Assembly: GCA_965153355.1 (NCBI GenBank) | Contig: OZ231126.1 | Span: 27,962,001-28,026,000, forward strand | Direction: 5' to 3' | Source of the DNA: Flaccisagitta enflata | Taxonomy: Eukaryota | DNA: 64,000 nucleotides | Part shown: piece after piece, positions 48,314 to 59,606 of the stretch | How positions within the stretch are numbered: position 1 is the first letter of the stretch | Layout of the letters: every line of letters begins with the position of its first letter | Notes under the pieces: model-generated | The model's input: only the letters and a program-made list of their open reading frames with translations | What the model was told of the DNA's origin: nothing | The model's database searches: none | Program-made: the position numbers and the translations under genes

Positions 48314-49809
48314 ATGTATGAATTCATCAATATTGGCATACTGTGCATCAGCTCCACAAAAGGCGGAAAAGTCTTTCCTGAATTTGATTTTACGACTATG
48401 GATGTGGAAAGAAATGGTGAAAATACAACTAAAGGTAAAGAAGTGAGGATTTTACTTTTCGTAGGACTAAAAACAATACTGTAAACAAGGCGGGATACGT
48501 GGCCCCCAGTCAAGGATAGGGGAAGTATTGCTAAGAGTTACTAAGAGTCTAAGACAGCGAACCAAAGATGTACTGAACGGATGGACGAAGGACTGTCATG
48601 TCTACAAATTGACTTGACTCAATGGCCGCGTCTCTGGTTTTTCCGATCCTCGAGATCTTTCCGTCGATCTTTTTTTCCCACTTTTGTTAAGGAACATCGG
48701 GCTCAACGAAGAAAATGGAGTCAGTTGAGACGACCACCAAAGTTACGGATGTTTCAGTAGAAACGGAACAAACGAATTTCACTACGACAGAAGGGCCACC
48801 GTCGAACAAAGGCAAGAAATCCATGATTGTGAGCGTGGTTGCGGCAGTCGGAGCGGCGCTGGTCATCGGCGTCTTCGCTTACTGCCGAGACAAAGGAGTC
48901 ATCTGGTCCAGAGGCAGAGAAGCGTTCAGGCACGTCAGGCCGATGCTACCCAGGCCGAGAATCCCCGGAACGCGTCCGTCGAGACGAATCGATATCTCTG
49001 TCGTCGAAGGACAACAGTCTGCCATCGAAGGACAACACTCCGTTATCGAAGGACAACAATCTGCATTCGAAGGACAACTATCTACCATCGAAGGTCACCA
49101 CTCCATTATTCAAGAACAGCAATCGTTCGATGACAATTACGAATTCGTGGATGCAAATAAAAATCACGTACTGTCGGAAATTCAGAGACCTGATCTACAT
49201 CCTTCCATTCCCAATCACGTGAAACACGCAGATCAAAGTGATCGTACGGACGGTAGCTGTGATAGCGGTGGCTATCAAAAGCCGCTTGAACTGTCGACGC
49301 GAGGAAATAATGCTCTCATGGACATTGTCGAATCGAGCCCGACAACAGGCAAGAATGTACGATCGGAAACAATCGAGGATTTGATCGAAAGTCCCCATTT
49401 GAAAATCCAAGGCCTTGAACCAGAAACCACCGTCAAATCCATGGAGGAAGGAATGGATCCCAATTTTAAAAGAAATGACGTGAAAATCAATCAGGACAAT
49501 TTGGACTCAATTTTGAAAGTCCGGAAAATATCGGCGTCTGATGCAATTAGCGGGCAACCATTTAGAATAGTCGCGGTGGAAATGAATACAACCCTCACAT
49601 CCGATCCTTCAGACGTCCATCAACTCCATGAAGCAACTCGGGTGGAAAACCCCGAAAAGCCCGAGAACAGACAAAAAGTCGAAGCAGCGGCAAAGGACGA
49701 GGAAGTCAACACCAACTCCAGTTATCTAGAATTTGTCGCCGATGAAAATAAAGGAAAAACAATAAAGGATCCTGAGGACGACTATAAAACGCGGATTTTT
49801 TATGTTTAG
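48314..49809 (+). CDS. Orphan putative type I single-pass membrane protein, 2 exons (48314-48434, 48692-49809), ~412 aa
   Basis: Non-repetitive 364-aa ORF extended by a phase-1 intron (gtaaag 48435..ttaag 48691) to a short exon starting MYEFINIGILCISSTKG; Thr-rich segment, TM IVSVVAAVGAALVIGVFAYC followed by basic residues, long acidic tail. No family recognised; the 5' end is less certain than exon 2. Confidence 0.7.
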
Positions 49810-50919
49810 ACCTGAGACTCTCGCCTCTTGCTCGTGCTCAGATACCTCAGTGACCTTTTACATCACCACCCCAGCCTACGCGCTGAAAAAAATTCGATTT
49901 TGACCATATTAGGACCTGTACTGTGTTAGTGTGTTAATGTGTTGTCAAAAAATAACTGTTTCAAACCCGCTCTTGTTTGTAAGAGCTGTCCGACTTTTTT
50001 CCCTCTTATTTGGGCAGCGGCCCTAAAGGGGCCGATGACCTATGCTTTCATTTATATAAAACTTTTTCTCTAACTCTTTCTCTATTCCCCCCTCAGGGCT
50101 CAAATCCCGGCCTCGAGGCTCAAAACGCAGCTTTGGGGCTCAGCTCAAATCCCAGCCTAGAAACCCAAACCCCAGCCTTCGGGCCTAATTTCAGCCATAG
50201 ACCTAAAACCCAGCCTTGTGATCCAAATTGTAGCGTAAACGCACTTAGAACGAAGGATTTTCCATAAGCCTAAGCATAGGTAATTGATGCTTTTGGGGCC
50301 GTTGCCCCTCTTACCATCTCATTCTCACATACACTAACTCAGGTGTATTGGATACCGCTGACCATCTAACGCTTTTGTTGTTTGATACTTGCTGAGTGGT
50401 TTTACATCATAACTGATCGTTGTATTTACTCCTCTGTTAATGGCGATATTTTTCATTGGGTGTCGAAATGAAATATGAGCTCTGATGAGCGACTTGTGAA
50501 ACATGTAAAACGACACTACATACTATCTAAAAAAATCTTCACTCACGTTTTGATCAATACAGGGTCTTTAAATCGGATTGAATTATTGTAAACCTTTATA
50601 GCTTGAACATCACTTGGTAAAGAGTCTTCAATTTTTTAGTGTATGTTGGTAATACACTCTTTTTTTTTATAAGAACCTAGTTTATAAGAACATCAAGGCT
50701 CGAATGGCCTCAAAATTAAGAACATCTTAAGAACATATGAAGGCTTGAAATCTTTTTAAAAAAATTTCGGTTAAGATAATATTTAAAAAACATTAAGAAA
50801 ACACTTAAATTTTTGTATGATTAAGATGATATTTTATAATTTTTAAATAAATATCATGAAAATAGCCCCAGACTTTAATGATTGTATTAGACATTGTGAA
50901 ACAACAAGCGAAAATTAAT

Positions 50920-50959
50920 CCACGAATTTTCGAACAGATCACTGCTCTTCATCAGGTGG
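50920..50959 (-). ncRNA. Minimal type I hammerhead ribozyme at the PLE 3' end
   Basis: Minus strand: CCAC-CUGAUGA-A-GAGCAG-UGAU-CUGUUC-GAAA-AUUC-GUGG; stem I CCAC/GUGG, stem II GAGCAG/CUGUUC, palindromic AAUU in place of helix III. Confidence 0.8.
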
Positions 50960-51124
50960 TAGGAAAAGAAGAAATGAGACAAATAATGAGAGGAGAAGAA
51001 GGAAATAGACATATGGTGACATATGGTAGAGAGAGAGAGACAATTGAGAATTGGCTAAAGCCAGAAGAGAGAGAGACTGAGTAGAAAGACTACTCAGGGT
51101 GCCCCCGTGAGGGGCAATTAATTG

Positions 51125-52480
51125 TCATTGGCTTTGCTGGGATTGATGGAGACGATCCCGAATCCGCTGCGATTGCCTTTGAGGAAGAGGACGTTGCTGC
51201 GATTCCTGCGGCTGCTGCGGCTGCTGCTGCTCAATCCCTGGTTGGCTCCGTTGGCTGGCGTTTTGGGAAGAGGCTGGGTTAGGGGTGGAAGCTTCCCTGC
51301 GCGGTCTGCCCTGGCGCCGAGGTGCCGTATTGATGGGAGTTTCGAACTCAGGATTATGAGGAGGAGGAGGAGGAGGAGCCGATATGTGAGAGGCGAGAAT
51401 AGAGTCAAAGTGGGAGGACATATGGTGACGACCAGGATCGATGTTGATTGAGGGATTAAGAGCTCTAATGAAGAGAGCTTCCTTAATGCCTCTTTTAACC
51501 CAATCACTTTCGTAGGAGAGAACGGTAATGTCTTCTTTGCGAAAGTGGTGGCCGTGGTCGCGGGCGTGCTGTAGCATTGCCGACTTATATTTGCCAAGGG
51601 CATTGGTCGCAGTGGACGTGTGCTCTTGAAAACGGGCAGCTGCAGTCCTTTCGGTCTCGCCGATATATACACCTGGGCATGGTTGATGGTCAATACCGGC
51701 ACAGGGTTGATGGTAGACGAGGCCAATTTTGTCTTCTTTGTCTAGTTTGTCCTTGGGTTTGACCAGAGTCTCTCTGAGGGAACCTCTGCTGGTGATGGAG
51801 ACGCTGAGGCCTTTGCTCCTGAAGACTCCAGCCAAACGCTCAGTTGTCCCGGCATAGTAGGGCAAGCTCACATGGCCGAGACGTTCTCTACGAGGAGGAG
51901 GAGGAGGAGGAGGAGGAGGAGGAGGAGGATGCGTAGTAGGAGTAGAGGAAGATGGAAGATCAGGATGGGGAGATGGAGACGAGAGATCAGGAGGAGGAGG
52001 AGGAGGAGGAGGAGGAGGAGGACGATGGCGGTAGCGAGCTTTGTTATAGGCCCATTTGGGATAGCCGTTGACAGTGAGAGCCTCTTTGACACGGTGATAT
52101 TCGGCCTTTTTGAGCTCGTCAGTAGATGGTATGAGTTCGGCGCGACGAGTGAGAGAATGGATGGTGGCGAATTTGTGTGCGCGTGGAGCGTGGCTGTCCC
52201 ATGGAATATATTGGTTTGTGTGCGTGGGTTTGCGATAGACGTCGAAGTCTAGGCTGCCGTTGGGATTGTGGATGATGGTGACATCAAGCATAGCAATTTT
52301 TCCGTCTTTTTCGACTTCTTTGGTCCACTTGATATCGGGATGAATGGAATTGAGATAATTGTGGAGTGGTTGAATGTGGTCATTGTGGATGATGACAAGT
52401 GTATCGTCTGCCTTCCTCAGCCATGTTTTTATGACGTCACCGGGACTGATGGATTCATCGCCGGTGGGGTAATTGGCAGG
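51125..52480 (-). CDS. PLE reverse transcriptase (partial) + GIY-YIG endonuclease
   Basis: Track ORF 51125..52291 extends stop-free upstream to 52480 and includes the RT catalytic DD motif. Confidence 0.85.
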   Translation of the reverse strand, partial: PANYPTGDESISPGDVIKTWLRKADDTLVIIHNDHIQPLHNYLNSIHPDIKWTKEVEKDGKIAMLDVTIIHNPNGSLDFDVYRKPTHTNQYIPWDSHAPRAHKFATIHSLTRRAELIPSTDELKKAEYHRVKEALTVNGYPKWAYNKARYRHRPPPPPPPPPPPDLSSPSPHPDLPSSSTPTTHPPPPPPPPPPPPRRERLGHVSLPYYAGTTERLAGVFRSKGLSVSITSRGSLRETLVKPKDKLDKEDKIGLVYHQPCAGIDHQPCPGVYIGETERTAAARFQEHTSTATNALGKYKSAMLQHARDHGHHFRKEDITVLSYESDWVKRGIKEALFIRALNPSINIDPGRHHMSSHFDSILASHISAPPPPPPHNPEFETPINTAPRRQGRPRREASTPNPASSQNASQRSQPGIEQQQPQQPQESQQRPLPQRQSQRIRDRLHQSQQSQ

Positions 52481-53427
52481 TTATTGAACCTCAGACTCAA
52501 CGTCGGAACTTCCATCTTAACCAGACTTTAATGATTGATATTTGTTTTAACAGTATTTAATAGAAATATATTTAGTTTAATTGGGTAATAGTATATTATA
52601 AGGTTTCCTATAATTTATATAGTATCTAAAATTAAGAACGCTCTAAGAACGTTGAAGGCTTCATTTGGCCTTGAAAATAAAAACATGAAGCCTTCGAAAA
52701 AAAAATGACGTTCTCATAAAAAAAAAAGAGTGTATGCCATTATTTTGTTATACAAACTCTCAATAGTGAGCAATCGATTGTTGAAAGTCAGCATTACCTT
52801 GAATGAAGCTACCATTTTTGTAGCTAAGTTTTTTTATATTGATATTTCCTTGGAGAAGGTTTTTTATTACTTTGACCTCCCTGCTCCTGCCCAAATGGTC
52901 TGGTGACCTCAAATATGGCCCCTGCCCACCTGCACGCGACTCCGGTAGCCGTGTTTCCGGCCTTGTTACCCAGTAGCTTTAAATTCACAAAGGTTTACAA
53001 TAAGTCAATCCGATTTAAAGACCCTGTATCTCTCAAATGGTTCAAACGATGCTTTCAAAATTGGTGACAGAAACGATGCCCCTCGAATTTCCAAGAATTC
53101 CACCAAAACATTAAAAAAATGAACTTGATTCGAAGTTGTGAAGATTATTGTTTCTTAGATAGCACTATGTAATTTCAAACACAGTGTGTAATGAGCTTTT
53201 TCATTTCATTACAACGATTCACATCATTGAGACTTCTGATTTTTAATTCACTAGGCAGAATGCAATCAGATCACTGTCTAGGCTGTTAGCAATCAGGTCA
53301 CTGTAAGGTGTCATAATTGGAAGTAAATACATGCAGATGAAAGAACTTCTTCATGTTATACACCTAATGGACAAGAATTTTCGACCGATACAGCTAAGTC
53401 ATAGATCATTGGCAGGAATAGAAAAGG

Positions 53428-53932
53428 AAACAGGTCGCCCAAGGGCAATATGTAGTCAGCGATACCCGTTGCCCTGCTTTGCATGTTTGTAAATCGGAAT
53501 GAGAGGAAGCAGGGCAGCGGCCCCGAAGGGGACAAAGTCCTGTAGAAGACAGGGGGACTTTTGTTCATCCGTTCATCTGTTCATCCGTCCGTCCGTCCGT
53601 CAGTCCCCCCAAGCCCCCTCAGGCCTAAAATCTACCCTCTCAGGCCTGAAATCTACCCTCTCAGGCTTGAAATCTGCCCTCTCAGACCTTGAATCTGCGA
53701 GGGCGGATTTAAGGCCTGAGAGGACAGGTTTCAGGCCTGAGAAGGCAGATTTCAGGCCTGAGAGGGCAGATTCAAGGCCTGAGAGGGCAGATTTCAGGCC
53801 TGAGAGGGCAGATTTCAGGCCCGAGAGGGCAGATTTCAGGCCTGAGAGGGCCTGGGGGGGACTAACAACGGACGAACAAAAGTCCCCCTGTATTCTACAG
53901 GACTTCGTCCCCTTCGGGGCCGCTGCCCAAAA
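53428..53932 (-). mobile_element. GGGCAGCGGCCCC-family element with internal 21-bp tandem repeats
   Basis: Inverted repeats from 53512 and ending 53928; internal (tcaggcctgagagggcagatt)n in both orientations. Confidence 0.7.
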
Positions 53933-53993
53933 AGAGAGAGCAAATTTAAAAGACAAAGAACAAAACCAAAACCATATGAAGACCACATGGTCA

Positions 53994-54365
53994 TGGGTTC
54001 CCTCTAGCCCTAGTCTCTCCCTCACCACCTCGCCTTGGTTCCCTCTAGCACCTTTCTCCCCTCACCACCTCACCTGGGTTCTCTCTAGCCCCTTTCTCTC
54101 CTCACATGGGTTCCCTCTAGCCCTAGTCTCTCCCTCACCACCTCGCCTGGGTTCCCTGTAGCCCCTTTCTCTCCCTCACCACCTCCCCTTGGTTCCCTCT
54201 AGCCCCTTTTTCTCCCTAAGCACCTCACCTGAAGTTCCCTGTAGCCCCTTTCTCTCCCTCAACACCTCGCCTTTGTTCCCTCTAGCTCCTTTCTCCCCCT
54301 CACCACCGCCTCTGGGTTCCCTCTAGCCCCTTTCTCTCCCTAAGCACCTCACCTAAGGTTCCCTC
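53994..54365. repeat. ~41-bp minisatellite (ggttccctctagcccctttctctccctcaccacctcgcct)
   Basis: About nine degenerate tandem copies. Confidence 0.85.
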
Positions 54366-54500
54366 TTCTCAAAAATCTTTTCACGAAAGGTGAAATGAAA
54401 AGAAGGGAGATGAAAAAAAGAAGTGGGAATAGATTTCGATTCGAAGATACGCAAACAATTGACTTTCAGAGAGAGAGAGGGAGAGAGAGATAGAGAGAGA

Positions 54501-54572
<72 letters not shown>

Positions 54573-55759
54573 AAAGCTTAAGCAAATGAATATCGCGTTG
54601 ATGGAATTGCTTACACAAACTTCGACTTCGACACACAAAAATGGACAAACGAAAAAAAAACGAAATTCCATCTCTTTCATCAAACTGTTATGTCATCTTA
54701 TTCTTTGCTGGTGAGAACAAGGCCGGATACGCGGCAGGGGCTGTTATGTGGCCGGGCGTGGGCTGTTATGTGGCTGGGCAGGGGCTGTTCTGTGGCTGGG
54801 CAGGGGCTGTCCTGCTCGCGGAATCCATGTGATCCATGTAATCAAATAGATTACTTCGCCTACGATAATCGGATAGTTTATGATGAATCTATCGCTAATT
54901 AAGCGCTAAATCGCACAAAGGGCAGCCAGCGCCACTTGCAGCCCCTCTGATGGGTGGGAGGCTAGGGAGATGTCGGAATGAGAGTGAATTGAAGAAAACC
55001 TTTGCTAGTGAACTGACTGACTGAATAACAGCTCAATCATGCAATTCTGTGGACTCATCTATGCAATTCCGTGGACTTTCGCGATGTGAAAGTATAAAAT
55101 GATTCACATCTCGATACTTCAATCAATCACTCAATCATCTCCAATCTATTGCCATTCTTTCTTTGTGAAAGCTGGGTTAAAATGATTCGGCCAAATGCCA
55201 GCCGAGAAAAGGTCGAAATCCCAAATATGCGCGACTTGAGAGAGAGAGAAAAAAAAGGAAACCTTAAAAAAGACGGAAAAAAGTTGATGCAGTTTGAAGA
55301 AAAGGCGAGTGATCTGATGCAGTCGATCATTCTTCATCTTCCTTTTTTCGTAATGGCGAATCCTTAGTCTTTTTCATACAAAAAGGAGACGCTTTCTTTT
55401 TGCCACTTTTCCCCATTTCCTTTGCTGTTTCAGATGCCTCTACGTCTCTCCATAAAAGGGTCTGTCCGTCCGTATGTCCGTCCTTCGATACTCCTTATTA
55501 AAAAACAGTTTGGCAGTGACAAAAAAAAAAAACAAAAAAAAAAAAAAAAAAAAAAAACGCTGCGCTCATGACACACGTATGTTTTTCACCTTGTTTCCAC
55601 TTTCCTTTGCTTTTTTTTTTCTTTTCCGTTACGCCATTTCATTTTCCTACTTCAACTTAATCTTGTTCAACTTATTCTCGTACTTTTCCTTATGTTCCCC
55701 TTTTGTTTTTCTCATCATCTTATTCTCCTTTCTTCCTCTTCGCGTTCTCCTACTTATTC

Positions 55760-55772
55760 TTCTACTTCTTTC

Positions 55773-55803
<31 letters not shown>

Positions 55804-56420
55804 CTTCTTCTTCTTCTTCTTCTTCTTCTTCTTCTTCTTCTTCTCCTTCTTCCTCTTCTTCCTTTCCTTTTCTTTTCCTTCTCCTTCTTCTTCTATTCAT
55901 CCTTCTTCTTCTTCTTCTTCTTCTTCTTCTTCTTCTTCTTCTTCTTCTTCTTCTTCTTCTTCTTCTTCTTCTTCTTCTTCTTCTACTTCTTCTTTTTCTT
56001 CTTCTTCTTCTTCTTCTTCTTCTTCTTCTTCTTCTTCTTCTTCTTCTTCTTCTTCTTCTTCTTCTTCTTCTTCTTCTTCTTCTTCTTCTTCTTCTTCTTC
56101 TTCTTCTTCTTCTTCTTCTTCTTCTTTTTCTTCTTCTTCTACTTTTTCTTCTTCTTCTTCTTCTTCTTCTTCTTCTTCTTCTTCTTCTTCTTCTTCTTCT
56201 TCTTCTTCTTCTTCTTCTTCTTCTTTTTCTTCTCCTTCTTCTTCTTCTTCTTCGATCTTCCTCTCCTTCCTTTTCTTTTTCTTCTCCTTCTTTTTCTCCT
56301 TCCTCATCTTCTATTTCTTCTTCTTCTTCTTCTTCTTCTTCTTCTTCTTCTTCTTCTTCTTCTTCTTCTTCTTCTTCTTCTTCTTCTTCTTCTTCTTCTT
56401 CTACTTCTTCTCCTTTTTCT
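55760..56420. repeat. (CTT)n trinucleotide microsatellite
   Basis: Directly visible. Confidence 0.97.
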
Positions 56421-56582
56421 AATTTTCATTTTCCTTTTCTTCTGACTAAGGCTCTAAAAAGTCATTTTGACGGTTTTTCACGGTTTTTCCAGTCGGTTAT
56501 TATCTGCTTTAGATTTGTCCTTGCATCCCTAGTAAATATGCGTCCGGCCCTCGACAGACTTGTTGAAATTTTCTCAGAGCTG

Positions 56583-57164
56583 CAGTACGATGGGAGCAAT
56601 GACGACCAAGACTGGAGGATAGATTTTAGGTATCCTAATTTCATTTGTATCATGAAATATTCGAGATCAAGGTTAATTAAAGGTTGCTCTATTGAGTGAA
56701 TGCATTTGCGTTTCTTAAACCTCAACTTGTAACTTGGCCTCATCAAGACTTCATTTTTCAAGGTTCTTCCCATTTTCATTAGATCGAGCGAAAAATTTTA
56801 TATAATTTTGAAAAAAAAATCAGCTTAATCGGACCATTTTTACAGGTTTTACGGCTATGTTTAATAAACAAAAGTTATGCAAATTAATTTTTGGGCATAA
56901 CTTAAAATGGCCATAAAACCTGTAAAAATAGACCGATTAAGCTGATTTTTTTTTTAAAACCATATAAAATTTTCTACCCGATCTATTGAGATAGGTTAAA
57001 ACATTGAGGTCAAGTCGCAAGTTGCAGTTTGAGAGATGCAAACATTTTCACTCAATAAAGCAACCTTTAATTACCCTAGATCTCAAATATTTCATAATAC
57101 AAAAAAAATTGAGGTACTTAAAATCTATCCTCCGGTCTAGGTCGTCATTGCTTCCATCGTACTG
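56583..57164. mobile_element. Uninterrupted copy of the same MITE family as 7285-8481
   Basis: cagtacgatgggagcaatgacgacc ... ggtcgtcattgcttccatcgtactg|ta; almost wholly palindromic. Confidence 0.8.
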
Positions 57165-57851
57165 TATATTCAGTCGCAGATTTTGTCTGCGCTCGAGTTG
57201 AAAAGTGTAGCAACGCTTATTAGGATGTTCTGGATGTGTGTGTGTTTGCTTTCGTGTGAGTGTCTTCGTCCAAAGGGGGTGTTTGCATCCTGCCCACCTG
57301 CCCACTACGAAATTGTAACCCCGCGTAAGGCGGCCTTGTTAATTGTTTTGGTTATCTCTTCATTTTTTCATCCTTTTCCGTGTTTATTTGAAAATATACA
57401 TACAGTACATCAAACGCCTGAATAGGACACCTCCATTGCATTGCACGTCTCTTTATGCCTTGAAAAACGTTAAATTCTTGAATGAGGTTTTCCATCATTG
57501 CCATTTGTGCAGTAGACGAGCGCTTTCGGCTGGAAAACATTCCGAGTTTGACAACCGGAATTTTTTCTTTCGTTCTGGTTCTAACAAACTAACTTCTGTG
57601 AAACAAGAAAAAAAAAAGGAAAAAAAAGAAAAAGAGAGAAACCAAAAAAAAGACATTAAAATAAAAAAAAACAATTAAGAAATAGAATTAAAACAAATAT
57701 AGGAAGGTTTTCCATGATGGGGTCCACGTTCAACATGATGGAGTTTGCGTTACGATTTTTTAGGTAAGTTAATCAAAATGGGGACTTCTGTTGCAAGAAA
57801 CAAGGCCAAGAAGGCCTACACGCGCGCCTGGTGGTGGTGGGTGACTGACAG

Positions 57852-58057
<206 letters not shown>

Positions 58058-58616
58058 AGATAATAAGTAGGTTAAAATATCCTTGCGGACGCGGACGAGT
58101 CTTTCATGGGCTACTTAATCATCAAGGACCCACCACCCACGGACGGACAAAGCCTCTTATATACAGTCGCGAGTCCGCAACCAAAACAAGGGAATAGATG
58201 CTTTGTGTTTAGATTGCCTTTTTATCGGCTTTACAATACAGACTACGCGAATCCACGCCTACCAATACATATGGGACATCGAAAGGCCACAAGGCCGAAT
58301 ACCGATCGACCTTAGTCGAGTGCGGGTGGACAGGGGCATAAAGGGCCATTCAGGCACTTTGACAGGAGTGTCACCACAGAAACACGCAAAATTTACAAAT
58401 GTGACCGACCGATGGACGGACTGACCGAAAAGTGGCTTATAAAGTCGTCTTTTTATAAAGTCGTCCTTTTATCCCTCACAATCATCATTGTTAGTTTGTT
58501 TCTTTTATCAGAAAACCACCTGAGGAGGGCGGAATCTCATCTGCGGACTCGAGATCTTCCATCAATATTTTATCATCAAACGCCCTCAACTCAATTTCCA
58601 GGTTCTTTTCATGTCA

Positions 58617-58627
58617 GTTGTTGTTGC

Positions 58628-58667
<40 letters not shown>

Positions 58668-58701
58668 ATTGTTGTTGTTGTTGTGGTTGTTGTTGTTGTG
58701 G

Positions 58702-58791
<90 letters not shown>

Positions 58792-58885
58792 TGGTTGTTG
58801 ACGTTAATGTTGATGTTGTTACTGTTATTGTTTATGTTGTTTGGTGTTGTTGTTGCAGTTGGTAATATTGTTGTTGTTGTAGTTG
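58617..58885. repeat. (GTT)n microsatellite
   Basis: Directly visible. Confidence 0.95.
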
Positions 58886-59606
58886 TTTTCTTCTCTAGAA
58901 CAAATGTCCCTTTTCTTATAACGTAGACAGATGTGCCAGCGTTAACCTACAATCTGCATCATCATCAACATGTACGTCACAAATCCATTTCGAATTTTCT
59001 CCTCGATTCGGGTCATAAGAGCGCGCACTTGGCACTTGGGCTAAAGTCGTGTGTGACCAAACTAGTTCATGAGAACGTCGCGTCCATAAGAAGTTTAAAA
59101 CAAACGTTCACGTATTTATACGTGTGTTTATTGATTTAAAAGCCCACCGCGATTCGCGTATTTTATTGATGTGGCGGAACGAACCTACCGGCCCTTACGA
59201 ATGGTTAGATGGAGAGACTCTCTAGAATCATCAATGAACAAAAAAAAAAACAAAAAACAAAAACCAAATAACGCTCACAAAAGTCTTTGACACTTTCATA
59301 TCGTCTCTGATAAGGGATGACCTTCTGAATTGAAAAAAAGACATGAACATTTGTGACAGACCTACGAACTGACCGACGAACGAGGTCACCCGTAAAGTCG
59401 CGTAGCACGCGACATAAAACATGTGACTCGGGGTCACAATATCGTTGCGGACGGTTTTGGCAGGGGCATCCAACCCCAAGCCTCACCCCAACCCCACCCT
59501 CAGCCACCTCTGCCACACACTCAAACACCCACACACTCACAATAACAACTGCAGTATCATAACTACGCGTTTTTCGCGTTTTCAACTCAAGCGTGACGGA
59601 CCAACG

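Larger units (their letters stand above)
50885..52520 (-). mobile_element. Penelope-like retroelement (PLE), 5'-truncated
   Basis: Open frame 52480->51125: RT C-terminal half (WLRKADDTL, YLNSIHPDIKWTKEVEKDGKIAMLDV, VYRKPTHTNQY), then GIY-YIG (GLVYHQPC..C..VYIGETER..RFQEH..R.IKEALFI..N.D.G). Flanked by 17-bp direct repeat CCAGACTTTAATGATTG (50868-50884, 52521-52537). Confidence 0.95.
50655..52732. mobile_element. MITE (CACTCTTTT..ATAAGAAC TIR family, TA TSD) interrupted by the PLE
   Basis: ta|cactctttttttttataagaac ... gttctcataaaaaaaaaagagtg|ta; related copies at ~7875-8292 and ~40065-40222. Confidence 0.75.
50560..53026. mobile_element. Outer MITE (CAGGGTCTTTAAATCGGATTG TIR, TA TSD)
   Basis: ta|cagggtctttaaatcggattgaattattgtaaacct ... 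aggtttacaataagtcaatccgatttaaagaccctg|ta. Confidence 0.8.

Noticed and set aside
50481-50510. Second hammerhead-like string CTGATGAGCGACTTGTGAAACATGTA
   Set aside because: Core-like words are present but stem II is very weak and the flanks cannot form stem I.
51122-52531. Plus-strand Arg-rich ORFs and the alternative minus-strand 202-aa ORF
   Set aside because: Shadow frames of the PLE RT/GIY-YIG ORF and its (GGA)n tracts.
53499-54161. 220-aa ORF with RPERADF repeats
   Set aside because: 21-bp internal repeats of a non-autonomous element plus an adjacent minisatellite.
55474-56699. ORFs of 239-335 aa with poly-F/L/S
   Set aside because: (CTT)n microsatellite translations.
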